Positions 26,593 to 35,905 of a DNA stretch of 40,308 bases are shown one piece after another; positions within the stretch are counted from its first letter, which is position 1, and every line of letters begins with the position of its first letter. The position numbers were made by a program, and so were the translations under genes. The notes under the pieces are model-generated. The model searched no databases and was not told the DNA's origin. It worked only from the letters and a program-made list of their open reading frames with translations. Origin of the DNA: a virus (taxonomy: Duplodnaviria; Heunggongvirae; Uroviricota; Caudoviricetes); the IMG/VR virus record IMGVR_UViG_2778261673_000007; one strand, written 5' to 3'.

Positions 26593-28420
26593 ATTTGAGC
26601 TTAAGGCGTTGATCACCGGTGTCGACAGGCTTTCTCCCGCGCTGTCGAAAATGCAAAAGAAAATCCGGGGATTTAAACGCCAGGCGGAAGAAGCGTCACA
26701 GGGTGGGCTGGCGCTTGGTGGCGGACTGGCAGCGGGTCTGACGCTTTCCCTGAAATCTTATGCCGATCAGGAAAACGCCGCCACCGGGCTGAAAGTCGCC
26801 ATGATGGATGCGAACGGCGAGGTTGGAAAGAGCTTTCAGGACATCAATAAACTGGCTATTGGACTGGGTAACCAGCTACCCGGTACAACGGCTGATTTCC
26901 AGAACATGATGCAGATGCTGGTGCGTCAGGGGATTCCGGCAGAAAACATTCTGGGTGGTGTGGGTAAAGCGACAGCTTATCTTGCGGTACAACTGAAAAA
27001 AACACCGGAAGCGGCTGCTGAGTTTGCTGCAAAGATGCAGGATGCTACCGGAACGGCGTCAGAAGACATGATGGGGCTGTTCGACACTATCCAGAAGGCG
27101 TTTTATCTGGGCGTTGACGATACCAACATGTTGTCCTTCTTCACTAAAACCAGTTCTGTTCTGAAGATGGTGAACAAGGACGGTCTTCAGGCTGCACAGA
27201 GCCTTGCCCCCATCAGCGTCATGATGGATCAGATGGGGATGAACGGGGAGTCGGCAGGTAATGCACTGCGAAAAGTTATCCAGTCCGGATTAAGCGTTAA
27301 GAAAATCAGGGACGTCAATAAAGTCATGGCCCGCCAGAAACTCGGGGTACAGCTCGATTTTACTGACGGCAAAGGAAGTTTTGGCGGTCTTGATAACATG
27401 TTCAGGCAACTGGCAAAGCTGCGAAAACTGACCGACGTTAAGCGAACAGGTGTACTTAAGGCAATATTTGGTGATGATGCCGAAACCCTTCAGGTGGTCA
27501 ATGCACTAATCGATAAAGGAAAGGATGGCTACGATCAGATCCAGCAGAAGATGAATAAACAGGCCAGCCTGAATAAACGTGTTCAGGCCCAGCTTGGTAC
27601 GCTGTCCAACCTGTGGGAGGCAATGACGGGGACCGCAACTAACGGCCTTGCGGCTATTGGCGGCGCATTTTCTGGTGACGCCAAAAATATCACGCAATGG
27701 CTGGGGGTGTTAGGGGAAAAATTCACGAAGTTTGCGGATGAAAATCCCCGGGTTATTCGCGGCGTCGTCGGGCTTGCTGCCGGTCTTGCGATTCTGAAAC
27801 TGGGATTGATGGGCGTTGGCGGTGCCATCAGTATTGTCAGCAGGATCATGTCGATGACGCCGATTGGAATGATTGCGACGGCGATAGCCCTGGCTGCGGG
27901 ATTAATTATCACTAACTGGGATGTTGTCGGACCTTATTTCAAGAAGCTCTGGGAAACCATTGGTCCTTATTTTGAGGCTGGCTGGGAACTTCTGAAGAAG
28001 GTTTTTGCCTGGTCGCCGCTGGGGATGGTAATCAATAACTGGGGACCGGTTGTTAAGTGGTTTCAGGATATGTGGGACAAGCTGAAGCCAATTATTGAGT
28101 GGTTTACCGACAGTTCCGGTGACACGGTCGATGCCATTAACTCTGCGCAGTGGGGCGCTGGTGCTTATGATGCTTATGGGACGGGAATACCGGCACGGGG
28201 ATACACACCTTATCAGGCGGTAGATCCGGCTCAGTCAAACAACGCCTCCGATGCCACAGGCCCGAATCCCTTCATGATTAACAAAGCTTCTGCGCCAAAA
28301 GTTGCTGGTGAGATCAAGGTCTCTTTTGTGAATTCGCCTCCGGGTATGCGGGTTATGGAAACGCGATCCAGCGGTTTTGATGTCAGCCATGATGTTGGCT
28401 ATACGCGCTTTGGCAGGTAA
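26585..28420 (+). CDS. Tail tape measure protein
   Basis: 611 aa, Ala/Gly-rich with predicted helical and TM-like segments; canonical position. Confidence 0.8.
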   Translation: MAEFELKALITGVDRLSPALSKMQKKIRGFKRQAEEASQGGLALGGGLAAGLTLSLKSYADQENAATGLKVAMMDANGEVGKSFQDINKLAIGLGNQLPGTTADFQNMMQMLVRQGIPAENILGGVGKATAYLAVQLKKTPEAAAEFAAKMQDATGTASEDMMGLFDTIQKAFYLGVDDTNMLSFFTKTSSVLKMVNKDGLQAAQSLAPISVMMDQMGMNGESAGNALRKVIQSGLSVKKIRDVNKVMARQKLGVQLDFTDGKGSFGGLDNMFRQLAKLRKLTDVKRTGVLKAIFGDDAETLQVVNALIDKGKDGYDQIQQKMNKQASLNKRVQAQLGTLSNLWEAMTGTATNGLAAIGGAFSGDAKNITQWLGVLGEKFTKFADENPRVIRGVVGLAAGLAILKLGLMGVGGAISIVSRIMSMTPIGMIATAIALAAGLIITNWDVVGPYFKKLWETIGPYFEAGWELLKKVFAWSPLGMVINNWGPVVKWFQDMWDKLKPIIEWFTDSSGDTVDAINSAQWGAGAYDAYGTGIPARGYTPYQAVDPAQSNNASDATGPNPFMINKASAPKVAGEIKVSFVNSPPGMRVMETRSSGFDVSHDVGYTRFGR

Positions 28421-28480
28421 TGAAAAATTAATCTGTTAATGAGTCCCACTCCGGTGGGATTTTTTATGTACGGAGTTTAT

Positions 28481-29809
28481 ATGACGTGGAAAGACAGACT
28501 TCAGGACGCGTCATTTCGCGGTGTGCCGTTTAAGGTTGAAGAAGAAAGTGCGGGAACCGGTCGTCGTGTGGAAACGCACGAATACCCGAACCGCGACAAA
28601 CCCTATACCGAAGACCTGGGGAAAATCACTTTCCGCCCGTCCATCACAGCTTATGTGGTGGGAGATGACTGCTTTGACCAGCGCGATCGCCTGATTGACG
28701 CGCTGAATAAACCCGGTCCCGGCACGCTTGTCCATCCGACTTACGGTGAGCTGAAAGTCTGTGTTGACGGGGAAGTTCGGGTCAGCACATCGAAGAGTGA
28801 AGGGCGTATTGTCCGCTTTGACCTGAAGTTTGTCGAAGCGGGAGAACTCTCTTACCCCACTTCAGGTGCGGCGACGGCGCAGACGCTGATGTCATCCTGT
28901 TCTGCACTGGATGACTGCATCAGTGACAGCTTCAGTGGTTTCAGTATCGATGGCGTGGCAGATTTTGTGCAGAACGACGTCGTCGGTAATGCCAGCACAA
29001 TGCTTGGGTATGTTTCTGATGCGATGAAAGTGGTGGATTCTGCCGTATCGGATGCCGCCAGGCTGTTGCAGGGGGATATCTCGGTACTTCTGCCGCCGCC
29101 ATCGTCAGGCAAAAATTTCGTTGAGCAGGTGCAGAAAATGTGGCGTACCGGGAAACGCCTTTATGGTAACGCCAGCGACCTGGTCACCATGATCAAAACG
29201 CTTTCCGGTGTCAGCCTCGGCAGCGATCTGCAACCGCGCGGCGTCTGGAAAACGGACAGTAAAACCACCGCCACGGCGACGCAGCAGCGTAACGTGGTTG
29301 CCAGCACCCTTCGTACGACCGCAATCAGCGAAGCGGCGTATGCCGTCACACGATTGCCTGCGCCCACAACTTCCGCGGTGATGCAGAATGCCACAGTGGG
29401 GCCGTCAACAACACCCGCGCAGAGCACCGGCTGGCCTTTTGTCACGCATCCGGCACTGAACAATGCACCGGCGGTGAAAAACACGGTTGACCTGCCAACG
29501 TGGGAAGAACTGACCGACATTCGCGACACACTGAATACGGCAATTGATAAGGAGTTGTCCCGTACAACCAGTGATGCGCTGTTTCTGGCGCTGCGCCGGG
29601 TGAAAGCAGATCTGAATGCGGATATCAACACGCGCATTGAACAGTCTGCACGGATCATTCAGCGCACGCCGGATGAGGTTTTACCCGCGCTGGTGCTGGC
29701 GGCGACCTGGTTTGATAACGCGGCGCGTGACGCGGACATTATCCGGCGTAATGCCATTACGCATCCCGGCTTTGTGCCGGTGATCCCTCTGAAGGTGCCA
29801 GTGCAATGA
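28481..29809 (+). CDS. Mu N-like DNA circularisation / tail hub protein
   Basis: Start at ATG 28481 after GGAG; position after tape measure in a Mu-like tail module. Confidence 0.5.
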   Translation: MTWKDRLQDASFRGVPFKVEEESAGTGRRVETHEYPNRDKPYTEDLGKITFRPSITAYVVGDDCFDQRDRLIDALNKPGPGTLVHPTYGELKVCVDGEVRVSTSKSEGRIVRFDLKFVEAGELSYPTSGAATAQTLMSSCSALDDCISDSFSGFSIDGVADFVQNDVVGNASTMLGYVSDAMKVVDSAVSDAARLLQGDISVLLPPPSSGKNFVEQVQKMWRTGKRLYGNASDLVTMIKTLSGVSLGSDLQPRGVWKTDSKTTATATQQRNVVASTLRTTAISEAAYAVTRLPAPTTSAVMQNATVGPSTTPAQSTGWPFVTHPALNNAPAVKNTVDLPTWEELTDIRDTLNTAIDKELSRTTSDALFLALRRVKADLNADINTRIEQSARIIQRTPDEVLPALVLAATWFDNAARDADIIRRNAITHPGFVPVIPLKVPVQ

Positions 29810-30885
29810 ACGACAATGTCACGCTACGGGTAAATGGCCGGGAGTGGAATGGCTGGACATCGGTGCGCATCGGTGCCGGTATTGAACGGCTGGCGCGGGA
29901 TTTCAGTGTGGAGATCACTCGCCAGTGGCCGGGAGATGAGGGTATCACCACGCTTCAGCCGCGCATTAAAAACGGTTCAAAAGTGGAAGTGCTGATTGGT
30001 GATGAGCTGGTGATCACCGGCTGGGTGGAGGCGACTCCCGTTCGTTACGATGCCCGTTCGGTCAGCACCGGTATTGCCGGACGTAGTCTGACGGCTGACC
30101 TGATTGACTGTGCAGCCGAACCGACACAGTTTAACGGACGCTCGCTGGTGCAGATTGCGCAGGCGCTTGCTGCGCCTTTCGGCATTGAGGTGGTGAACAG
30201 CGGTGCGCCGTCGGGTGTTATTCCTGATGTTCAGCCTGATCACGGTGAAACGGTGATTGAGGTAATCAACAAAATACTCGGTCAGCAGCAGGCGCTGGCT
30301 TACGACGACCCGCACGGCAGGCTGGTGATTGGCGGTATTGGCTCAACGCGGGCACATACCGCGCTGGTACTTGGGGAAAACATCCTTTCCTGTGATACGG
30401 AGAAGAGTATCCGGGAGCGGTTTTCTGTTTACCAGGTGGCGGGGCAGCGTGCCGGAAACGACGATGATTTCGGTGAGGCCACCACCACCGCGCTGCGGGC
30501 CCGCACAGAGGACGCATTTATTGCCCGTTACCGTCCGATGTATATCAGGCAGACAGGGCAGGCCACGGGGGCAGGTTGTATTGCGCGTGCTGACTTTGAA
30601 GCCCGACAACGGGCGGCGCGGACGGATGAAACCACCTATGTGGTGCAGGGCTGGCGACAGGGTAACGGTACGCTGTGGCAGCCCAACCAGCGGGTGATTG
30701 TCTTCGATCCGGTCTGTGGTTTCGACAATACCGAACTGCTTGTCTCGGAAGTCACGTTTACTCAGGACCAGAACGGCACCCTGACGGAAATCCGTGTCGG
30801 CCCACCTGATGCTTATCTGCCTGAACCCGAAGCCCCCGGCGCGCGGAAAAAGAAAAAAGCCAGAGTACAGGAGGACCCGTTCTGA
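29806..30885 (+). CDS. Mu P-like tail protein
   Basis: Gene order and size in Mu-like baseplate cluster. Confidence 0.55.
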   Translation: MNDNVTLRVNGREWNGWTSVRIGAGIERLARDFSVEITRQWPGDEGITTLQPRIKNGSKVEVLIGDELVITGWVEATPVRYDARSVSTGIAGRSLTADLIDCAAEPTQFNGRSLVQIAQALAAPFGIEVVNSGAPSGVIPDVQPDHGETVIEVINKILGQQQALAYDDPHGRLVIGGIGSTRAHTALVLGENILSCDTEKSIRERFSVYQVAGQRAGNDDDFGEATTTALRARTEDAFIARYRPMYIRQTGQATGAGCIARADFEARQRAARTDETTYVVQGWRQGNGTLWQPNQRVIVFDPVCGFDNTELLVSEVTFTQDQNGTLTEIRVGPPDAYLPEPEAPGARKKKKARVQEDPF

Positions 30886-31433
30886 TGAGGACGATTGAAG
30901 CCATGCAGCGACAACTTCTCGGCCTGATTGGGCGGGCAGTGGTGAAAAGCATCAGTGCCGCCACGAAATGTCAGACCGTGGATGTGTCCCTGATTGCCGG
31001 TGAACCCAAAGCCGGGGTTGAACATCTTGAACCCTACGGTTTTACCGCAAGGGCAAACAGCGGTGCGGAAGCGGTGGTGTTGTTTCCGGATGGCGACCGT
31101 TCTCATGCGGTGGTTGTTACGGTGTCGGACCGGCGCTACCGCCTGAAAGGGCTGCAGACGGGTGAGGTGGCGGTCTATGACGATCAGGGGCAGTCCGTGA
31201 CGCTGACCCGGGAGGGGATCGTGGTGGACGGTGCAGGTAAAACGATCACGTTTCGCAATTCACCTAAAGCACGTTTTGAAATGGACCTAGAAGTGACAGG
31301 ACAGGTGAAAGACCTGTGCGACTCCAGCGGCACCACCATGTCAGCGATGCGGCTTGCCTATAACGGGCATCGTCACAGAGAGAACGGTCAGGGCAGTAAC
31401 ACCGACAAACCTGATAAAGCGATGGAGGCATGA
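30885..31433 (+). CDS. Baseplate assembly protein V-like (spike)
   Basis: 182 aa with gpV-like N-terminal OB-fold region pattern; position. Confidence 0.6.
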   Translation: MRTIEAMQRQLLGLIGRAVVKSISAATKCQTVDVSLIAGEPKAGVEHLEPYGFTARANSGAEAVVLFPDGDRSHAVVVTVSDRRYRLKGLQTGEVAVYDDQGQSVTLTREGIVVDGAGKTITFRNSPKARFEMDLEVTGQVKDLCDSSGTTMSAMRLAYNGHRHRENGQGSNTDKPDKAMEA

Positions 31434-31858
31434 TGGAACTGTGGCTGACGGTGAACGGTAAACGCACCTGCGCCAGCGCACCGCTGGATCCGCTGACCCG
31501 CGCCGTGGTGATTTCCCTGTTTACCTGGCGGCGGGCGGAGCCTGATGACAACGCCGACGTCCCGATGGGATGGTGGGGGGATACCTGGCCTGCGGTACAG
31601 AATGACCGTTACGGCTCCCGACTGTGGCTGCTTCAGCGCAGCAAACTGACCAATCAGCTGGTGCAGACGGTAAGGGGGTATATCCGCGAATGCCTGCAAT
31701 GGATGATTGATGACGGCGTGGTGTCCCGTATTGATCTGGATATCCGCCGCACCGGGATTAATGAACTGGGTAATAGTATCACTCTCTGGCGTCGTGACGG
31801 ACCGGTAATGATTTCTTTTGATGATCTGTGGAGTGCGATAACGCATGGCGGACAGTGA
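31430..31858 (+). CDS. Baseplate protein (Mu gp46 / GPW-like)
   Basis: 142 aa, precedes baseplate J. Confidence 0.5.
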   Translation: MMELWLTVNGKRTCASAPLDPLTRAVVISLFTWRRAEPDDNADVPMGWWGDTWPAVQNDRYGSRLWLLQRSKLTNQLVQTVRGYIRECLQWMIDDGVVSRIDLDIRRTGINELGNSITLWRRDGPVMISFDDLWSAITHGGQ

Positions 31859-32903
31859 ATTTCAGCGCCCGACGCTGGCAGAAAATATCAGTATGCTCCG
31901 TAACGATTTATTCGCCAGGCTGGACGTCAGCGACACGCTCCGGCGCATGGATGAAGACGTGCGGGCAAAGGTGTATGCGGCGGCGCTGCATACGGTTTAC
32001 GGGTACATCGATTATCTGGCAATGAACATTCTGCCTGACCTGTGCGATGAGTCCTGGCTGGCGCGACATGCTGCGATGAAACGGTGTCCGCGCAAGGGGG
32101 CCACGGCTGCCAGCGGGTATATGCGCTGGGAAGGTGTCAGCGATGGCCTGAAGGTGACCGCCGGGAGTGTTATTCAGCGCGATGACCTGGTTCAGTACAC
32201 GGCAACTGCCGATGTAACCAGCTCCGGTGGTGTCCTGCGCGTGCCGATCGCCTGCTCAAGTGCAGGTGCGGTCGGTAACGCTGACGACGGTACGGCATTA
32301 ATCCTGGTCACGCCGGTGAATGGTCTGCCGTCTTCCGGTGTGGCTGACACCCTTACAGGCGGATTTGATACTGAAGAGCTGGAAACGTGGCGCGCCCGCG
32401 TCATTGAGCGGTATTACTGGACGCCTCAGGGCGGGGCTGACGGGGACTATGTCGTCTGGGCTAAAGAAGTGCCCGGCATTACCCGCGCATGGACATACCG
32501 TCACTGGATGGGAACGGGAACTGTCGGTGTGATGATTGCCAGCAGTGACCTGATTAATCCCATTCCGGAAGAATCAACGGAAACGGCAGCAAGACAACAT
32601 ATCGTGCCACTGGCCCCGGTGGCAGGCTCTGATTTGTATGTATTCAGGCCGGTGGCGCATAAAGTGGATTTTCATATCCGCGTGACGCCGGACACACCAG
32701 AAATACGAGCCGCCATCACCGCGGAGTTGCGTTCGTTTCTTCTGCGTGATGGTTATCCGCAGGGAGAACTGAAGGTATCGCGTATCAGTGAGGCGATTTC
32801 CGGTGCGAACGGGGAATACAGCCATCAGTTGCTTGCACCGGCAGACAATATCTCCATTGCGAAAAATGAACTGGCGGTTCTGGGGACGATTTCATGGACG
32901 TGA
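31845..32903 (+). CDS. Baseplate J-like protein
   Basis: 352 aa; canonical position before gp48-like and tail fibre genes. Confidence 0.7.
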   Translation: MADSEFQRPTLAENISMLRNDLFARLDVSDTLRRMDEDVRAKVYAAALHTVYGYIDYLAMNILPDLCDESWLARHAAMKRCPRKGATAASGYMRWEGVSDGLKVTAGSVIQRDDLVQYTATADVTSSGGVLRVPIACSSAGAVGNADDGTALILVTPVNGLPSSGVADTLTGGFDTEELETWRARVIERYYWTPQGGADGDYVVWAKEVPGITRAWTYRHWMGTGTVGVMIASSDLINPIPEESTETAARQHIVPLAPVAGSDLYVFRPVAHKVDFHIRVTPDTPEIRAAITAELRSFLLRDGYPQGELKVSRISEAISGANGEYSHQLLAPADNISIAKNELAVLGTISWT

Positions 32904-33478
32904 CAAACGATGATTACATCCGTCTGTTGTCGGCACTGTTGCCACCCGGTCCGGCGTGGTCAGCCAGAGATCCGGCGATTGCCGGTGCGGCACCGTCATT
33001 AACCCGCGTTCATCAGCGTGCGGATGCCCTGATGCGGGAGCTGGATCCGCGCACCACCACTGAACTGATAAACCGCTGGGAGCGTCTGTGCGGTCTGCCG
33101 GATGAATGTATTCCGGCGGGAACGCAGACCCTTCGCCAGCGTCAGCAACGGCTGGATGCGAAGGTTAACCTGGCGGGCGGCATCAACGAGAATTTTTATC
33201 TTGCACAGCTTGCTGCCCTGGGCAGGCCAGATGCCACCATCACGCGATACGACAAAAGCACCTTCACCTGCTCATCGGCCTGTACTGACGCGGTGAATGC
33301 GCCGGAATGGCGGTATTACTGGCAGATCAACATGCCAGCCGCCACCAACTCCACCTGGATGACATGTGGCGATCCCTGTGATTCCGCACTGCGTATCTGG
33401 GGTGACACCGTTGTCGAGTGTGTGCTTAACAAACTCTGCCCGTCGCATACCTACGTAATTTTTAAATATCCGGAGTAA
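32894..33478 (+). CDS. Mu gp48-like tail protein (YmfQ-like, 194 aa)
   Basis: Size and position; same length as the e14 ymfQ product by recall. Confidence 0.55.
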   Translation: MDVTNDDYIRLLSALLPPGPAWSARDPAIAGAAPSLTRVHQRADALMRELDPRTTTELINRWERLCGLPDECIPAGTQTLRQRQQRLDAKVNLAGGINENFYLAQLAALGRPDATITRYDKSTFTCSSACTDAVNAPEWRYYWQINMPAATNSTWMTCGDPCDSALRIWGDTVVECVLNKLCPSHTYVIFKYPE

Positions 33479-33481
33479 TCC

Positions 33482-34120
33482 ATGCATCGTATAGACACGA
33501 AAACCGCGCAGAAGGATAAGTTCGGCGCGGGTAAGAACGGTTTTACCCGTGGTAACCCCCAGACCGGCACGCCTGCCACCGATCTGGATGATGACTACTT
33601 TGACATGTTGCAGGAGGAACTTTGCAGCGTGGTGGAGGCATCCGGTGCCAGCCTGGAGAAGGGGCGGCACGACCAGTTACTTACCGCACTTCGCGCGCTG
33701 CTGTTAAGCCGCAAGAATCCGTTTGGCGATATCAAATCGGATGGCACTGTGCAAACGGCTCTCGAAAACCTTGGTTTGGGAGAATTATCTCTGGCTGGCA
33801 CTGCATCGGGTGTCATTGGTCTGAATGGGTATGTAACGATTCCGTTAATTATTTCAGGTTCCCGGAGAACACTGATTATTCAGTGGGGGCAGGCGAGATT
33901 TGGTGGGTCTGGTGGTGAAGATGCCGGATATCTTAATGATTTTCCTTTTGCCTTTCCGTCAGCATGTTATGGGGTGATAGTTAGTCATGTGGGGTATACA
34001 CCTTCAGGCGCAGGAATCCTGTCGGCTTCTGCCATTACATCAAATCAGTTCCGCGGTTTTTCAAGCATAGCGACTGCTGCAAACGCTGTATTTGGTCGTT
34101 ATATCGCTATAGGGGTGTAA
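33482..34120 (+). CDS. Tail fibre protein: constant N-terminal part fused to the currently expressed variable C-terminal part
   Basis: N-terminal tail-fibre-like region; a gix/hix-like recombination site lies inside the gene at codon ~93; followed by a tail fibre assembly gene. Confidence 0.65.
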   Translation: MHRIDTKTAQKDKFGAGKNGFTRGNPQTGTPATDLDDDYFDMLQEELCSVVEASGASLEKGRHDQLLTALRALLLSRKNPFGDIKSDGTVQTALENLGLGELSLAGTASGVIGLNGYVTIPLIISGSRRTLIIQWGQARFGGSGGEDAGYLNDFPFAFPSACYGVIVSHVGYTPSGAGILSASAITSNQFRGFSSIATAANAVFGRYIAIGV

Positions 34121-34121
34121 T

Positions 34122-34559
34122 ATGTTTTATAGTCCATCTTTAAACATTTTTGTGAATCCTGCACTTAAGGATGATTACATTAATGCAAATTCATGGCCAG
34201 ATGATGCTCTGGCTGTCAGTGATGATGTTTATAATAAATTTGCAATAAATACGCCCCCAGATGGCAAAATTCGTGTTGCAGGAGAGAATGGATTACCCAC
34301 ATGGGCACTAATACCTCCACCATCACATGAAGAACTTATTCAACAGGCAGAATCAGAAAGGCAATTATTGCTTAATCAGGCCAACGAATACATGAACAGT
34401 AAACAATGGCCCGGTAAAGCCGCTATTGGTCGTCTGAAAGACGAGGAACTGGCGCAATATAATTTGTGGCTGGATTACCTGGACGCACTGGAGCTGGTTG
34501 ATACCTCCAGTGTGCCAGATATTGAATGGCCTACGCCTCCGGCAGTTCAGGCCAGATGA
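34122..34559 (+). CDS. Tail fibre assembly protein (expressed orientation)
   Basis: 145 aa with C-terminal ...LWLDYLDALELVDTS...WP motif typical of Tfa chaperones. Confidence 0.7.
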   Translation: MFYSPSLNIFVNPALKDDYINANSWPDDALAVSDDVYNKFAINTPPDGKIRVAGENGLPTWALIPPPSHEELIQQAESERQLLLNQANEYMNSKQWPGKAAIGRLKDEELAQYNLWLDYLDALELVDTSSVPDIEWPTPPAVQAR

Positions 34560-35133
34560 CATCCGGCGCTGTGCTGGTATCTGTTGCCGTCACCGCGTCA
34601 ATGTAATCCAGCACAGTGTTAAGTCGGGTGGTCTCTGCCTGCATCAGCTTCCGCCCGGCCTGCAATTTAAGTTGAATCAGACTAATGGAAGCCATTGCAG
34701 TATTAATCAGTGACTGACGCTGTACTTCTGCCGCGTCTACTGCGGCGCTATGCTGTGCCTCAGTATCGGTCACCCATTTCTTACCATCCCATTTATCGAA
34801 TGGCGTTAACGGGGCGATAGTGGTTGTATTTTCAGGATAATCACCCGGAGCTGTGATTTCTTTGGCGTCTCCCGTTTCGGTGTTATAGACGATTTCACCG
34901 CGATGGTCTGGCACATATTCCCATGAGTTTAAATCCATCGAACGGCAGATAGCATAACCCGCCTTATGTATACCAGGTTCATCCAGACAGGAATATGCAG
35001 GGATACCGACACCAATGGCAAGATATTCATTTGAAGTAGAAATATATTCCCGAGTTTTACCATCATAGTTATAGACGGTAATATTCCCCGCCTTCGTGGC
35101 AATAAGCTCGCTATTTAATACGGCGTTATCCAT
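34531..35133 (-). CDS. Alternative tail fibre assembly protein (inverted orientation, TfaE-like)
   Basis: 200 aa; C-terminal ...LDYIDAVTATDTS...WPELP motif; convergent with and overlapping the other tfa. Confidence 0.7.
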   Translation of the reverse strand: MDNAVLNSELIATKAGNITVYNYDGKTREYISTSNEYLAIGVGIPAYSCLDEPGIHKAGYAICRSMDLNSWEYVPDHRGEIVYNTETGDAKEITAPGDYPENTTTIAPLTPFDKWDGKKWVTDTEAQHSAAVDAAEVQRQSLINTAMASISLIQLKLQAGRKLMQAETTRLNTVLDYIDAVTATDTSTAPDVIWPELPEA

Positions 35134-35654
35134 TATGCAGCCCTCACGATATAGTTAAATGCAATATTTCGTGGACGGGTTTCACTCCCGCCAGTATTAC
35201 CGATACTCCCTCGTGAATGAAGTGTCGGTGATGGGATCAGACTCCCTCCTGTATTTGTGGCATCAAGTCCCCGTCCTTGTGTGTATGTCTTTTTGAAAAT
35301 CGTAGCCAGTTCCCATTCATCTTTTGTGTCGTAACCATCATTGGCAACAACAATATGGCGGTGTTTTTCCAGCATCCCTGTCTGAATGCTCAATAAAACA
35401 CGTCCTGCATCAATACCGCGCCCGTCATCCCAGCCACGAATAAACTCACCACGTAAATCAGGCAATTTATTTGTCGGATAAGCCTTTGCCAGTTCCGGGT
35501 ATTCTTCAGCAGAAAAAGCCGCACCGTTGCATTTCAGCCAGCCTGTTGGCGGTGTGGCTGAAGGCCATGGAACAGGCACACCAACAGGTAATGCAGAGCC
35601 TTCTCCCAAACCAACGTTTATGAAAATGCAGAAATAACGAGCAAATGGCATCAT
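35133..35654 (-). CDS. Alternative tail fibre variable C-terminal segment (silent until inversion)
   Basis: Contains the conserved fibre-tip segment PVGVPVPWP...GWL.CNGAAFS...YPELAKAYP...LPDLRGEFIRGWDDGRG; its 5' end lies at the right recombination site. Confidence 0.6.
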   Translation of the reverse strand: MMPFARYFCIFINVGLGEGSALPVGVPVPWPSATPPTGWLKCNGAAFSAEEYPELAKAYPTNKLPDLRGEFIRGWDDGRGIDAGRVLLSIQTGMLEKHRHIVVANDGYDTKDEWELATIFKKTYTQGRGLDATNTGGSLIPSPTLHSRGSIGNTGGSETRPRNIAFNYIVRAA

Positions 35655-35680
35655 TCCTGCTTTTGTCAGAGGGATCCACT

Positions 35681-35872
35681 ATGCTTATTGGCTATGTACG
35701 CGTATCAATAAATGACCAGAACACAGATCTACAACGTAATGCGTTGAACTGTGCAGGATGCGAGCTGATTTTTGAAGACAAGATAAGCGGTACAAAGTCC
35801 GAGAGCCTAGGGCTGACAGTGCTGTTCTTGATGCAAATTAAAGGATTTAATAGTGAGTTGCGGCCTTACTAA
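35681..35872 (+). pseudogene. pinE: Truncated, degenerate Pin/Gin/Hin-family serine invertase (only about 64 codons)
   Basis: First ~35 residues MLIGYVRVSINDQNTDLQRNALNCAGCELIFEDKISG match the invertase N-terminus including the catalytic Ser region; sequence then diverges and stops, far short of the ~190 aa of intact invertases. Confidence 0.65.
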
Positions 35873-35883
35873 TGTAAGGCCGC
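35860..35883. other. Perfect 10-bp inverted repeat hairpin (GCGGCCTTAC-taat-GTAAGGCCGC) at the junction between the invertase remnant and the AT-rich cargo gene
   Basis: Read directly; followed on the plus strand by a T-rich stretch. Confidence 0.45.
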
Positions 35884-35905
35884 TATAATCATTTTATTAA
35901 TTGCA

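Larger units (their letters stand above)
33760..35626. mobile_element. Invertible tail-fibre segment (G/P-segment-like) bounded by inverted gix/hix-like sites
   Basis: Left site TCTCGAAAACCTTGGTTTGGGAGAA (33760-33784) and right site TTCTCCCAAACCAACGTTTATGAAAA (35601-35626) are inverted copies (18 of 19 bp identical over AAACCTTGGTTTGGGAGAA); the segment contains two convergent tail-fibre C-terminus + assembly gene pairs; invertase gene adjacent. Confidence 0.65.

Noticed and set aside
35645-35680. N-terminal extension (MASFLLLSEGST) of the invertase ORF
   Set aside because: Invertases of the Gin/Pin family begin at the MLIGYVRVS motif; the upstream ATG overlaps the recombination site region and lacks family support.
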